Below are positions 37,066 through 52,630 of a stretch of DNA of 64,000 bases, piece after piece. The position numbers and the translations under genes were made by a program. The stretch's first letter is position 1. Every line of letters starts with the position of its first letter. The notes below the pieces were generated by a model, which did not search any database, was not told where the DNA came from, and saw only the letters and a list, made by a program, of their open reading frames with translations. The stretch is taken from contig CM120640.1 of NCBI GenBank assembly GCA_051362555.1, forward strand, positions 14,074,001-14,138,000. Reading direction: 5' to 3'. Origin of the DNA: Lingula anatina. Lineage: Eukaryota; Animalia; Brachiopoda.

Positions 37066-39066
37066 TTAATATTTCATTCCGAAGTAATCAAACCACTCCG
37101 TCAATGACGAAGAGTAAGGCACTGGTTCACGCCTGCCTCCTCCATACCGAACCGCAGATTTTTGACAATTTATGCTAATTTCCTTCTCTTTTGATTTCTT
37201 TGCTGCTCTCTTTTTGAAGGAATTCAATGCCTGTTTTGCATATTTACCATCAGAATCAATTCTTTTGCGATCTTCAGCGTCATTTCTAGCAGTAATTTGG
37301 TCCTGTTCAAGTGATAAACGTCTCTCTATAGTTGACACCTGCTCAGAAACATAACTGCTTTTCTGCATTGGTTTCCGATGTTTCTTTTTCTTCCTGGCTG
37401 TCTTCACCACTGGTGTCCACTCCAAAGACGAGAGGCTAGTCACCGAAGTCAAGTCATTGCAGGATTCACGCGCAGAACTACTCTGGAAATGAACATGTTT
37501 CCATGGGGTACACGTGCTTGAAGCTGAGAGTGGCGTACACGCGACCAGCCGGAGATATTCAGGGAACCTGGAGGCACTCATTGCGCGTGGTGGCGGGGGA
37601 ATCTCGTCCAAGTCAGATTCTGAGTCTAAATAGTTCTCCCAATATTCCTCAGCTTTCATACATTTTTTAGTTGTTGCAGAGTGGTTCTTTCTTCGTTTAC
37701 TTTGTGGTTTAGAGAATCGTTGGGTTATTTTACCAGAATGATGAGCATTTTTTATTTCGATTTTCGCGAACTGCCGCAATACCTTATCAATGTTGTGCTC
37801 TCCAATTCTTTTGAAGTAACGCTTGTACCGATCTAAATCAGATAGACTGGATGATCGCTTTCGAACAGGAAGCTTAACCAATTTCTCGCCAACGCTCTTA
37901 TCTTCTTCTAATATATCTGGTATGCTGCAACTGTCTTTTGCTTCGATTTTTGTATAGTTTCCAACTGAAGAGGACGCCGATTTGTTAACATCACTAGGGT
38001 ATTCTCGATCTTTCTGCACTGGTATGCTCGATATAGAATGTCGCGGTGGGCAACGGTTTGACGACTGAACTGTCGTGAAGCCCACAGTGCTACTTGCATT
38101 TGCAGCAAACAACCAAACACGTAACTCAGATTTGTATCTTTTTGGTTCAGACAAATCAAATTCTGCAGTTTCTACGTTTGCTTTTCGGCTGTGTTGGCCA
38201 TTAGTATTTGAAAAACTAGGTGCTGCAGTGACAACTGTGAAACCTCTAGAAGCAATAAAACAACTATCCGAATTGCCCTGATTATTGTCAGGAACTTGAT
38301 CTATACTCCTTATATGTTGACTTTCTTTGTCAGCTTGGTTGATGATATCCTCCTCTTGCTGCTCAAACTGCCGATTTGTTATTGTATCCTCGTCGACCAA
38401 ATTGTTGTCTCGGGGATGAAGTTCTGCGTTACTTTTTTCGATTTCTTTTGTGTTCATTTTATCTTCATTTCTATTTAAAATCAAAGAACCGTTTTGCCCA
38501 ACACTGGGACTGAGTTCTCCATTTTTAACTGCACTTTCATTCCTAATGCCTGTTTCTACTTCCTCCTCAATCGGTCCATTTATGTTGTTTATTGATTGAA
38601 CATCACTCGTGCTAACCTTGCAGTCCTCGTTAACATCACTGTTCTCCTCACCATTGTCTTCATTACCATCAACTTCTTTTTTGAATAATTGTTCAGTTTG
38701 CACATTTTGCACACTTTGGTCCTTATCTTTTCCCTCTTCCTCAGGGCTGTCTATTAGCGACCCTTCATCCTGCAGCGATTTTGTCGCTACTTCACACAAA
38801 CCCGCCATTCCTGTAGGAGAAAAAGGCAGACCCTCTTCTTCTTTGGTTATTTTACTTTTTTCAACATTTTCGAAGTCAGATTTTTCAGCGATTGATACAA
38901 TAGACGGATCTGTTACATCTAGTTCCGAAAGATGAACAATTCCTTCACTTTGTTCATAGCTGCCAGTCAAGGATTCCTCATCTGTGATGGTAAATGTCGT
39001 ATTCAGTTTTGTCGAGACTCCGGAATCGTCGTCTTTTGCTGCGTAGGTAGTTGGAGAGAGAGCCAT
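37066..39066 (-). CDS. Intronless uncharacterised protein, ~666 aa, low complexity (acidic N-half; basic, Ser-rich C-half)
   Basis: 2-kb uninterrupted ORF in AT-rich DNA. The first ATG (AATATGG, MALSPTTY) is at 39066. No domain recognised. Confidence 0.8.
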   Translation of the reverse strand: MALSPTTYAAKDDDSGVSTKLNTTFTITDEESLTGSYEQSEGIVHLSELDVTDPSIVSIAEKSDFENVEKSKITKEEEGLPFSPTGMAGLCEVATKSLQDEGSLIDSPEEEGKDKDQSVQNVQTEQLFKKEVDGNEDNGEENSDVNEDCKVSTSDVQSINNINGPIEEEVETGIRNESAVKNGELSPSVGQNGSLILNRNEDKMNTKEIEKSNAELHPRDNNLVDEDTITNRQFEQQEEDIINQADKESQHIRSIDQVPDNNQGNSDSCFIASRGFTVVTAAPSFSNTNGQHSRKANVETAEFDLSEPKRYKSELRVWLFAANASSTVGFTTVQSSNRCPPRHSISSIPVQKDREYPSDVNKSASSSVGNYTKIEAKDSCSIPDILEEDKSVGEKLVKLPVRKRSSSLSDLDRYKRYFKRIGEHNIDKVLRQFAKIEIKNAHHSGKITQRFSKPQSKRRKNHSATTKKCMKAEEYWENYLDSESDLDEIPPPPRAMSASRFPEYLRLVACTPLSASSTCTPWKHVHFQSSSARESCNDLTSVTSLSSLEWTPVVKTARKKKKHRKPMQKSSYVSEQVSTIERRLSLEQDQITARNDAEDRKRIDSDGKYAKQALNSFKKRAAKKSKEKEISINCQKSAVRYGGGRREPVPYSSSLTEWFDYFGMKY

Positions 39067-39136
39067 ATTGATAATATCGATATAACTAACTGTAAATGAA
39101 GTCAAAGTCGGCAGCAGGAGGAAGCTGCGTCATTAA

Positions 39137-39144
39137 TGACGTCA
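39137..39144. promoter_or_regulatory. Palindromic CRE (TGACGTCA) upstream of the 666-aa ORF
   Basis: Exact match ~70 bp upstream of the ATG, with CGTCA half-sites at ~39128 and ~39166. Confidence 0.55.
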
Positions 39145-39285
39145 TGCAAAGAAACGGGCAAATAACGTCATGAAACGTTCAACGTGCATTTACGACTCAC
39201 TGTCACTCTCTCACTGGTCAAATAACAATTGTATGTTTATCTATTTTATTAACAATAAGAATATTGGGAACGCTGGCAGACTAAA

Positions 39286-39630
39286 TTAAAGGGATAATAA
39301 CTCTTCGTATGAGACCTATATTTCACGATAAAAACCTTGTGAATAACTCATAGAAATATGATATATTCTGTTTTACCACAAAAACAGCAGTTATAGCTTT
39401 TATTCTGATATTTGAACTTGTCTTTAGACCACGTGACCTCCATTGATGTCTATACTCTGTTAAAATCTCTTAAGAGATTTTAACAAAAAAACAAACTTTT
39501 TAGAAAAAAACCAGGGACTAACTTTGAATGTAAAAATGGATTCAATAACCATTGGTAAGTATGGAAAAATTGTTGTTTACTCCAGGAAAATTCATTTTTT
39601 GGCCGAAACGAAGAGTTATTATTGCTTTAA
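39286..39630 (-). mobile_element. MITE family B copy 3
   Basis: TTAA|AGGGATAATAACTCTTCGT ... ACGAAGAGTTATTATTGCT|TTAA. Reverse complement of copy 1. Confidence 0.9.
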
Positions 39631-40050
39631 TGTTTTACTTTATTTTCGAACGGTACTCTACTACATACAGTGTACATAGGCCTACTGTAGGTCTTTTATC
39701 ATTTAAAGGCACACACTGAGCGTAAAATCTTAACCACCACAGTAGGCCTATAGGCTACCATATCTAACCCTTCTCAGAATTGCGTTTTTGATGAGCTCAG
39801 TCACTTTCGTAACAGTATCCCTTGAAAATGCTTGGGGACAACTGCCTAAGGCCTAAAATGCATGCAAGCAGGTTGTATGCTCGTACATTGCTATTTTTTG
39901 CATTGGGGCAGACTTAATGTAAATAAACAAAATATCTTGAAATGCAATACTAGTACGGATATTATTTTATATAATATTATTAGGTCCCGACCAAATATGG
40001 CAAATGAACCAAAACTATTTGTTTTAGAGACACCAACACTGACCTTCACC

Positions 40051-40356
40051 CTGAGCTTCAGAGATAACTTGACACTAACCTCTTCATTATAGCCTATCTT
40101 CATCGTGTCAAGTTACTTTCACTTTCGTAATATTTAACCGTTTCCAAAGAACCCAAATCGATTTTTTCATTTATGTGTCACTGGTGGGTCCAAGGTCAGC
40201 ACCCTGTAACTTGTAACCAAGTAACTTGACACGATGAAGATAGGCTATAGTGAAGAGGTTAGTGTCAAGTTATCTCTGAAGCTCAGAGGACCCACCAGTG
40301 ACACATAAAAATCGATTTTGGTTCTTTGGAAACAGTTAAATATTACGAAAGTGAAA
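40051..40356. repeat. Interleaved double inverted repeat A-B-spacer-rcA-rcB
   Basis: A 40051-40118 / rcA 40219-40286 (1 mismatch). B 40117-40191 / rcB 40288-40356 (a few substitutions and one short deletion). Confidence 0.9.
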
Positions 40357-42005
40357 TCTCAATCCAATGGACATTTTTCCTTGATGAGTTTATGCGACAG
40401 GTGATTTAGAAGATTCTTGGGCAAACTTCGTGAGACGCAAATAACCAGAATTCATAATCCTTTCTCCAGCAACCAGTTTGCCTGCACCCAGTCCGCGACA
40501 AGAGACAAAGGCCACTACAAGAGACGTGGCACCTCAACTGAATTCATATTAGGGGAGACCAGGGCTAGTTAGCCTTGTGAACTGGGAATGAGTTAGAGCA
40601 ACAAACCTGGTTTTATTATAAGCACCAAGAACTTAGCTACTTATACAACGTGCGTGATAAAGATAGTAGTCATGTTAATAAAAATGAGTTAAATTATTTC
40701 GTGTTTGAGGACCTTCAAATTCAATCTGCTAAATCTGATCTGTAAATAATGTCTTAATGTTTGTAATTGACGGTTTTCTATGGTATCTAAAATTGAAATA
40801 ATTGTAAAATGCCCATTTTTATTTTGTAACTAATGGAATTTGAGCATTTAAGCTCTTTTTGCACACTGAAAAAAATCTAAAACGGTTTCCAAGTGACCAC
40901 ATTTATTTATTAAATTTGTATAAATTTACCATCGTGTTTTTAAAAAAGTTTATATTAAATATTTATTCTAAAGCAAAATCCTGCTTTCTAAAAATGAACA
41001 TTAAATCTTTATTCTATAGCAAAAAGGTACTAATTCATTTTCCACTTGGATATAATTTTCCTATATTCCCGTTTATGTAGGACAGGTCCATTTTGGCGGG
41101 TTCTGGTATTTTCTACTGTGAATTGATTTACTTTGACCTTTTCTTCGTATGAATACCTCAATTTAAAATATGAAAAAAAAAAAAAAAATTAACAAAGTGG
41201 AAAGACTCTGATGTAACCTGAAACCACCTCTTTTCAATGGCAACGAATGAAATTTAACATAGCACACATTTTTTTTTAATTTTTAGATCCTATTCTTTGG
41301 CCAAATTGAAATAATTAGAAATAACATTTGAAATATATTTCTGATTCCTTTAATAAGTATTTGTGAGACCAATTTGGAATTTCACAAATTCCTAAATTTG
41401 CTGTAAATAATGTTCGTAAGTATACGCTATACGGTGAGACACTAGGTTACTATGAAATTTTGAGCAAAATAGAGCCGTAACATACGTCGTCCTCGACGCC
41501 TTCGTCCTTTGGATTGGCTCATCTTGAAATAGCTTGTGCGCTCTTTTGGGCGTAAAGATTAGTAAAGAATCAAATAATTCAAACACTAACAACAAACAGA
41601 GACTTGCAGGGATAAAAGATAAAAAGTAAGTAAACGTGAACAATTCATATGGTTTTGCTTTTTATATTTATTTCTTCTTGTTATGGTCGAGGCGAAGATT
41701 TCAAATCCAACACATTGTAAATGTTTCAAATCACTGCATTAATTCCTGGATTTTCGAAACTTTTGCTGTTCACCTCCACAATTTTACATATTAACAAGTA
41801 GATCTAACTATTGTAGATCCCTATTGGGTAAAAACATGGAGAGGGGAGGTAAATTCAAGAGTTCCAGGGTTTTTCTGTTTTTCTAGCTTATTATAATCGG
41901 TTATTTTGGTAAGTATAACATCCTTTAATTTTTCTATTTCTTTGCATGCTGTGGGTGTTAAAATGCCTGTGTTAATATTCACATGATATTTCATAATATT
42001 TTAGA

Positions 42006-45000
42006 ATGGCCCTCCCAAATATGCCAAGTCTCTGGACTTCAAGAAAAAATGTGTACGAAGCAGCAATAGTGCGACGAAGAAACCAAGAGGATGACTTTCG
42101 GGAAAAATGGCAAGACACATCAAGATATTTTCATGATACAGAAATAGGAGCTGTTAAACAAACTGCATGGACTTCAGAGGATTCATTCCATGATAGGTTA
42201 AGAACTGTTTGTATTGAATTTGCAGCAATTAAAATGGTTTGAGTAGGGTACATGTGGTGCAGGTACAGTTTATAATACTACTGAAGAACTAGAGCATAAG
42301 TTTATCAGTTTCACAATCAGATAGATGTATGAAAATTTATGAAGACTGAATCTGGCAAACATGAGACAAAGCAAAAAAAAAAGAAAACTTTTAGAAATTG
42401 AAGAATGCATTATCTGATATGTGAACAGGGTAAAAAAAGATGATGATTGCACTCATCATAGTAGTCTTATTTTACAGCATGGATGCCTATAAATCTCAAC
42501 ACAACAGAGAAATCAAAGCTATGAATTTAAAGCGGAGAAGGCTTAAGTTGACAGACATGCTGCAGAAAGAAAGAGATATGTTGGAGGTAATACACATAAA
42601 ACACATTATTTTACATAAGTGTTTTGAATACACCTTTTTTCTTTTATTAGTCAGAGAATATCTGTTATCTGTAAGGGGCCAGACCATAAGATTTTTGTTG
42701 GCTCACATCTTCTTATTTTTTGCAATAAAGTATTCTTATTCCTCAAAAGCATGTAACAGCTTTTTAGATTAGTGCTTCTGCTAAGATATAGCATGCATTT
42801 TAACAAGAAGTGAAAATGCAAGAATTGCAATAATAATATCTGTGTGAATTTATTTCAGTAAAGAAAAATCTTTTCAAAAATTTAATTTGAAATATTAATA
42901 ATGATTCTAATTATTTGCATTGCCTGCTGAAACTATAAAGCTGATAATGTTTGTAAAATTGATATTATTTGAACTGCAGAAGGCAAAGAGCTTATTGTGC
43001 ATTGTGTATCTTTTTCAGGCAGAATTACGAGGATATTCAGCTGATAATTATGATAGAATTTCTGATATGAAAGAAAGGAGTGAGAATCTAAGAAGTGCGA
43101 GAGAAGAGAAGAGGAAGCAGGTAAAAATGTTATTTTACTGAAAGTTATTGAAGTGTGATGTTAGTTGATAGATTCTGATAAATATGTGGAACTCTCTTTT
43201 TTGTATTGAACTTATCACACAAACACTTTTAAGTAAGTAATCCAAAAATAATAATTGCACAGTAATATGTGTAATGGTAATTGACAAACTGATGAGCTTT
43301 TTTATATGTTTTAATTTACAGTTGGCTGAAGAGAAATTGTATGATCACTTCAGGAAAAATAACCCAGATCTCAGAGAGGTATTATCGTTTTAATTTTAAT
43401 TGTTTTTGTGTTGATTGATTGATTGAGTGATTGATTGCTGTATCCTTACATATAAAACCTTTTAAATATTACTTGACCATTCATGATAAGTATGTTTGGC
43501 ATGTCTTTCTTTTTTAAAGCAATAGGCTGATTTCAGGATTTTAAGAAAATGCCAATTTGATTCACAGAGGTAGAAAATGACACTGCTAAACTGGTATTGT
43601 CTCTAGTTTTGTTCTGCTGCATTGTCCACTTGTTAACAATCAAAAATCTATTTTAGCTTGAGTCCAGGGCGGGAGAACAAGAGGTGATTGAAGAGTGGGA
43701 AGGACAAGTGGAGGAACAGAAGAGGGTAATGGCTTCTTGAAATAATTGCAATCCTTTAGATTTATATTTCATTTCCAGAAAAAAAATTTTTTCACTCAAA
43801 TGAATACATGATTTTCTAAATTTTTCCCCAACTCATTTAAGTGATTGGCATTAACACCTTTATTACTTGTGAAAGTTTACACTGATTGTAGCATGTCATA
43901 ATAACTTGATCATCATCTGATTCAGTAACATGAAAACACAATTTGTATTTTCATTTGTCTATTAAAGAAACAAGAACAAGAGATCAGGGAGAAGGCATTG
44001 TACGAGCAGTTGATGGAAGAAGAGCGTCAGGCAGCTTTAAAGTTTGACCAGGAGTTAGAGCGGGAGAAGATTCAAGAGGAGAAAAAATTAAAATCAGTGC
44101 TGAGAGATCAGGTTGAAGAGCTTAAGCAAAGGGAACGTGAGGTAAGGATAAAAACATTTAATATTAGACAAAGGATATCAGGCAGCACTAGATATTTAAA
44201 GATGCAAGGCAGGTCACATCATGAATTTGGTAAAAAGAATAATGTATTACAGTAGTATTATTATAGGTCTCAGTTAGACATTGACATTCTTTGTTTTATT
44301 TCATAAAGGCTGAAAGATTAAAATTCCAAGCAGAGGAGCTCCAGAAACAGCAGTGGGAGCTGGAGAAATTAGAAGACCAAAGAAAAGAAATGGATGAGAT
44401 TAGGAAAAAAGAAGAATTTGGGTCAGTTACCTTTTTACGTGTATGGCATCACTATTTATAACTTTTGTGTTTGTTTACATGTGAAGACCTGTTAAGTGGT
44501 GACATAAACTGAATTTCTTACATGACATTTAGTTTAAGCAAATTTGGATATTTCTTTACAGACGTGTTTTGCTTCGTCAACATAAAGCTAAGCTACTTCA
44601 AAGGTCCAAACAAGTTCAGGAACAGTTGGTAAGAATCCAAATAGACGAAATATAATTTGATTGAGCTATACTATGCTGAATTACTGAGATAAATATATTA
44701 AGATGCATGAATGGACTGTCAAATACAGATAGCATTCAGGATATCCACCTAGTTTTTTATTTGGGTGGAAAGGGGGGGGGTAGTCTTCCAAGTCGCAATT
44801 AAAAAATAACAAGGGACATCTGTTGTAAATTTGTCACGAAAGGACCTTCAAAATTTGTGGTAATAGTCACCCTAGAACATATTTCATTACAATATAGTTA
44901 ATTAATTTTTCATATTTTTAGTCATTTGTAATTTTTTAAAGTATATTTCTTATTTCATTAAGTCTTAGTCATATTTATCCCTGAGGAGAACAAATATGCA

Positions 45001-47187
45001 TGTCACCATTTGCAAGTTTTGTAACATTTTTGATGAAGACTTTGGCTGTCATTGTGTTTATTTATACTTCATAAACTTATTTCAAGGAACTTGATCGCCG
45101 AATACTAGAAGCTCTAACTGAGAAAGCAGAAGAAGACCAGGTGTTACAGACAGCAAGAAAAGAGAAGGCCAGAGCAGATGCTGCTTGGATGAAGCAGGTA
45201 TATATTTTACATATGAATGTGATATCTAGGTGCAGAACCTTCTATTCTCAAATATTTGTATGTAATAATAACAAGGATAGATGTGCGCTGTCCAATTTCT
45301 TTATTTGGTGTTGGGTGAGATGTGGGGAAATGATGTGCTGGTTATAACATATTATAACAAATTCCAAAATTTTTTCTGTGCAACATCCTTTAAACAATAA
45401 ATTTGGTTAAGGTTTTAAATGCAGATAATTAGTTATTTTTATTCTATACTGCAGTGTTGAAAACATCACATTGTAGGGTGTTCATTGATAACTCTTTTGT
45501 GATCATTGGTTTCAGGTAATTGATGAACAACTTCGTCTGGAAAAAGCAAGGGAGGCAGAACTGGACATGCTTTATCAGTAAGTAGGCTATATTTATTGCC
45601 TTGTTATAAAGCTTTGATTTTATATACCTATTAAATAAGTATTCTTTCATGTTTCAGATTGGAATTGGTCAGGGAAATTAAACTTATCTAATATCTAATG
45701 CAGCATGTAATGATTACATTTTCAGTTCTTTGACTAATTGTAAGTTTTCTTAAACTGTGTTACAGAAACTCAATCTAAGGTTTTCTATATCCAAAACTTT
45801 ATTTTCTTCTCAGGGATGAAGCGTCAAGGATGTGGCAGAAAAGAGAAGCAGAATGGGAAAGAGAGCGACAGGCGAGGGAACGATTAATGAATGAGGTAAT
45901 GCATTCTTAAGCAGGGTACATAGTAATATATCAAACCATGATTGACTTTAAGTTAAAATGAATTATCTTAGGTTATCAAATATGAGTACAGTAGTAAAAA
46001 AAGTTATCCCGTCTTAAATAAGTTGTTTTTTGTTGAAAGGTATTACAAGGCAGACAAGAGCAGATAGAGGATCGCATGGAGGAAATACGCAAGAAGCAGG
46101 AGGAGTCACTAGAAAGGCGAGAGGAACTGCTGAGGGAGTTAGACATAGCACAACAAATGACAAGGAGAGAACAGGAGGAAGAGATGAAACTGAAGACAGA
46201 AAGAAAACAACAGTTACAAGCACAGGTAAAGAATAGTTTTTCAGTGTTTCTACAAACAGGATTGTGGTGTGACATTGAAATGGTTGTTAACCTCCTTGTG
46301 AGAGTTAAAGGGATAATAACTCTTCGTATGAGATTTATATTTCACAATAAAAACATTGTGAATAACTCACAGAAATATAGTATATTCTGTTTTACCACAA
46401 AAACAGCAGTTATAGCTATTATTCTGATATCTGAGCTGGTCTTCAGACCACGTGACCTCCATTGACGGCTATACTCTGTTATAATCTCTTAAGAGAATTT
46501 AACAAAAAACCAAACTTTTTAGAAAAAAAAAACAGGGACTAACTTTGAATGTAAAAATGGATTCATAATCCATTGGTAAGTATGGGAAGTTATTATCCCT
46601 TTAATTATACAAAGAGGTGAAACCTTTATTGTGACACAAATTCAAAGTAGTTTAGTTAGTTTTTATATTTTCTATTGTCTTGTCATAACCATGCAGATAA
46701 ATGTGTGTGTGTGTTAATGCTATATTCATTGCTTTGTGTTTAGATGACAAGTCGAAGGGAACAGAAGATCTCAGCACAAGATCAACTACTGAGAGAAATG
46801 GCAGAGGAAAAGAAGGCAGAAGAAGACTATGAAGAGATGCTCAGGCGTGAAGCTGAACGAATGAATATAAGAGGCTTTGGACCAAAGGTGAGGAATTAAG
46901 TGATCTATGCATAGTTTGGTATATCTCTGAAGACTGAAAAAAAATACAACCTGTTGGATTTTTATTCTTTTTAGCCCAGATACTTCCATGTCTTTATTAT
47001 GAGACTCAATTACTGTTGTGATGTAATAATTCTCCATAATGTTTTACTTAAAATGAACATAAACTTTTTTAAGCTTTGCCATCATTCACTTTGTCTCATC
47101 TAGAAGAAATCAGTTTGAGTAAGTAGAAAGATAAGTCAATATCTATTTGTCTTTCAGAAATTTGGAAAGAAGCAGGCCTGGCAGTGA
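42006..47187 (+). CDS. TCHP: Trichoplein keratin filament-binding protein (coiled coil), 14 coding exons
   Basis: Exons 42006-42196, 42478-42586, 43019-43120, 43322-43378, 43657-43725, 43968-44141, 44309-44421, 44562-44628, 45087-45197, 45516-45577, 45814-45895, 46040-46225, 46744-46887, 47158-47187. The N-terminus [30 protein letters not shown] matches human MALPTLPSYW..WEQNSRYF..KQAEWSS..SMHAY. C-terminal KQAWQ. Confidence 0.92.
46305..46604 (-). mobile_element. MITE family B copy 4 (internal deletion), in a TCHP intron
   Basis: TTAA|AGGGATAATAACTCTTCGT ... AGTTATTATCCCT|TTAA. Confidence 0.9.
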
Positions 47188-47736
47188 ATTTTACTACGTG
47201 ATGTGTAGCAGTGGAATCCATCCATAGCAATCTGTGATATATTATGATTTACATCATTATGTGAGGTGTTCTACCTACCAGAAAATATAATTTAGTATTT
47301 CTCTGCCTTTGTGTCTTCAAACAAACCAAGTATCATGTAATCATTGTGATTAATTAAAGGTTTGGGGCATGTAGTTGAGATGTTGTGACAGTTGATCATA
47401 AGGTATGTAAAACTTTTTAAAGTCTCTTTCAGCAAAAAATAATCACATCACTATATGTTGCATTGGTGTCTGGTGTCATTTTCAGATTTAAGTGAGCTCT
47501 AATGTGTTCATGTATTAAAAGCCTAGTATTTATTTTGTAAAAAGTGTAAATGTGAAGGACATTTTAGCTGTTCATTTTGTGTCAGTTTGGGTTGCATGGA
47601 TTAGTAGCAGATTTAGACTGGGAATTGCCACTAGACAAGGAATAGGAAATGCACAGATGTAGTTGACTTTACATGATTCTCACGTTCTTGATCTGCTAAA
47701 TGTTAAGGTAGCATTTCCATGATATACATGAATAAT

Positions 47737-47896
47737 CAGGCCAGCAATTGCCAAAGGGGGGTTCTTTTCTGTAAATGTGGACCTTTTGTCAAGAAACCTT
47801 AGTTTTCCTATATCAAATTTACCCAGAGTGGACCCTTTCCCAGCAAAAAGGGGGGTTCATTGAACCCCCTGAAACCCCCCCCTGGCTATGGGCCTG
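47737..47896. mobile_element. Small CAG..CTG element (family D-related) downstream of TCHP
   Basis: CAGGCCAGCAATTGCCAAAGGGGG ... CCCCCCTGGCTATGGGCCTG, with flanks ATAAT / ATATT. Confidence 0.6.
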
Positions 47897-48786
47897 ATAT
47901 TGAACACCAGGAAAAACTATTATCTGTGTTCCCTGTGCAAGTCTGTGATTTGTTTATACTGCCACTTACCTTACATGTCAACTTATGTAAAAGTACATAA
48001 TATAGCTCCTTTCTCTATTAAATAATTCATTAAAGAATATGACTACACTGTTTTCTCTAGGATTATTGTGTAACAAAAATAAAAATATATTTGAAAAAAA
48101 AAATGTTCACTACATTAACTTTTGTTATGAGAGAAAGGAAAAAATTATCCTTCACAATAAGTGAATAGATGCATTAGAAATAATTGTTTAATGTTTAATG
48201 CTTTGCTTTCAGCATACAAAATCGCGAAACAATTTGGATTTTAAAATGGACTTTATTAAAGGAAAAATACATAGGCTTAAAATGTAAGGAAAGAACTGAT
48301 ATATCTCCTACATTTCAATATTTTAAAAAGTAGCAATTTAATGACCATTATTCCCACTTGTATGCAAGCATATCCAGCACGCTTACAAAATGTATGTAAT
48401 AATAAAATGGAGAAGAAAAATACCATCACAGCATGACTAGAGTTCAAATCTCAGACCATTACCCAATTCCACAACTTTAATAGTCTTGTTTGATTAACAC
48501 TGCACCATTCTTCAGTTTCTTATTGGGTTTGAATGTTATTCAACCCAAAAAAGGTCAAGATTCTAAAAACAATTTCAGTTTCACATGTGGCTTCCGTGTC
48601 ATAAAAACAAGGTACTGAAAACATTTCGCAAGTACACCATGCTCAAAACGTAGCAAACACTAACATTTTCAAGCTTCAAAACTCACTGCAGGTCTGTAAG
48701 CAGATCACAAAAACCCATGCTTTTATCAGATAGAGATAAAAATAAGAGCTTCAGCTTGGAATTATCGCATTTTCATTTCAACTACA

Positions 48787-51418
<2,632 letters not shown>

Positions 51419-51658
51419 TTCATAATATACTTGAAGCCGAAGAACTGTTCACTACAGGAAAAATGAAAGTGTGAGAACCTACGGTTAAATAAAGCAGCAT
51501 GCAATCTCAATTATTTTATTAATATGATTTCCAAACTCCTGCATCCCACTTCACTCGATCAACGGAGATACAGAGGAAGAGCAAAACAGGAGATCATGAT
51601 CATACAAAAATCGCTGCCAAAGGTGATTATTCAGCCTAACTTCGAATTAAAAGTTCAA

Positions 51659-51813
51659 CTTACTCAAGTCAACGGAAGTGGCTCAAAATGCTGCTCGTGT
51701 TATTTGTCAACAAAAAGTTGGCATCAACTGTACCGGATGTGAATTTTATAAACTTCGGCGCACCTGACCTTGACCTAATTAGAGGAAGTATTGACAGATA
51801 GATCGAGGTAAGT
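51659..51813. promoter_or_regulatory. Probable bidirectional promoter shared by ALKBH3 and BORCS5
   Basis: Minus-strand donor GA|GTAAGT at ~51663 and plus-strand donor GAG|GTAAGT at ~51808. ETS-like CGGAAGT (~51673) and CCGGATGT (~51733) lie between them. Confidence 0.55.
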
Positions 51814-52630
51814 TTGTGATGTATTTGTAATGTTTATTTCATACAAATAGTAAATGCAAAACGTTTAACTACACAATCATAGGCAAAGACGCCACACTCA
51901 CCCACACTATGAAAAATTATCCTTGCAAATAATAAATAGTGGAGATCGAGATCATACACCAGTACATTGTTAAAACATTTTACTGGTAAATGTACCACAG
52001 TAGGCCCTACTACATGTACATGTAGTAGCAATGACGCTCTCAAAATGTCATTATCATTAATGAAAATGTCGTATATCATTTGATGTGGTTTAATGTATTT
52101 CATAGTAAAGGACTTTTAGATTGACAATTTTGAAAAACTGGGGACTAAATTCATATTTTATGTTTCTAATGGAACAATGCAAAATGCTACTAAAACTACA
52201 GGTAATGTTGCTTGGCTAAAAAATATTTACATTCCTGCAAATATTGTTAGGGACCTTTATTTCTACTTAGGCCTAGGAGATTTTTAGACCCTGGTGTCCT
52301 GAAGGGCCAGTAGGCTAATTAAAATGCTTTTGGTATTGACTGCTTTGAAGCAGCAACATGTTTTCATTTTAACTAGTTAAAAAGACTGAAATAAGAAGTT
52401 TTAACTTCAAAATTTTTAATTTAAAAGTTTTAAATAAAAAAATATATGTTGTACTGGGTGCCTGTTTAAAGAGATGTTTTATGCAACATTAGTTGAATGT
52501 TTTCTATTTCATGGTGTTTTGGCAAATAAAATTATATATGTTGAATCTATAGTGTGACCATTTCATTCAAATCAACCAAATCAAATTTTACAGTATATGA
52601 CTAAATCATGATTTTCAGTGTTATTGATTG

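Noticed and set aside
40549-40575. TAGGGGAGACCAGGGCTAGTT, resembling a DNA-transposon terminus
   Set aside because: No matching opposite TIR or second copy in the window.
46226-46465. TCHP frame stays open through the intron into the MITE
   Set aside because: There is a good CAG|GTAAAG donor and conserved downstream exons; no evidence of retention.
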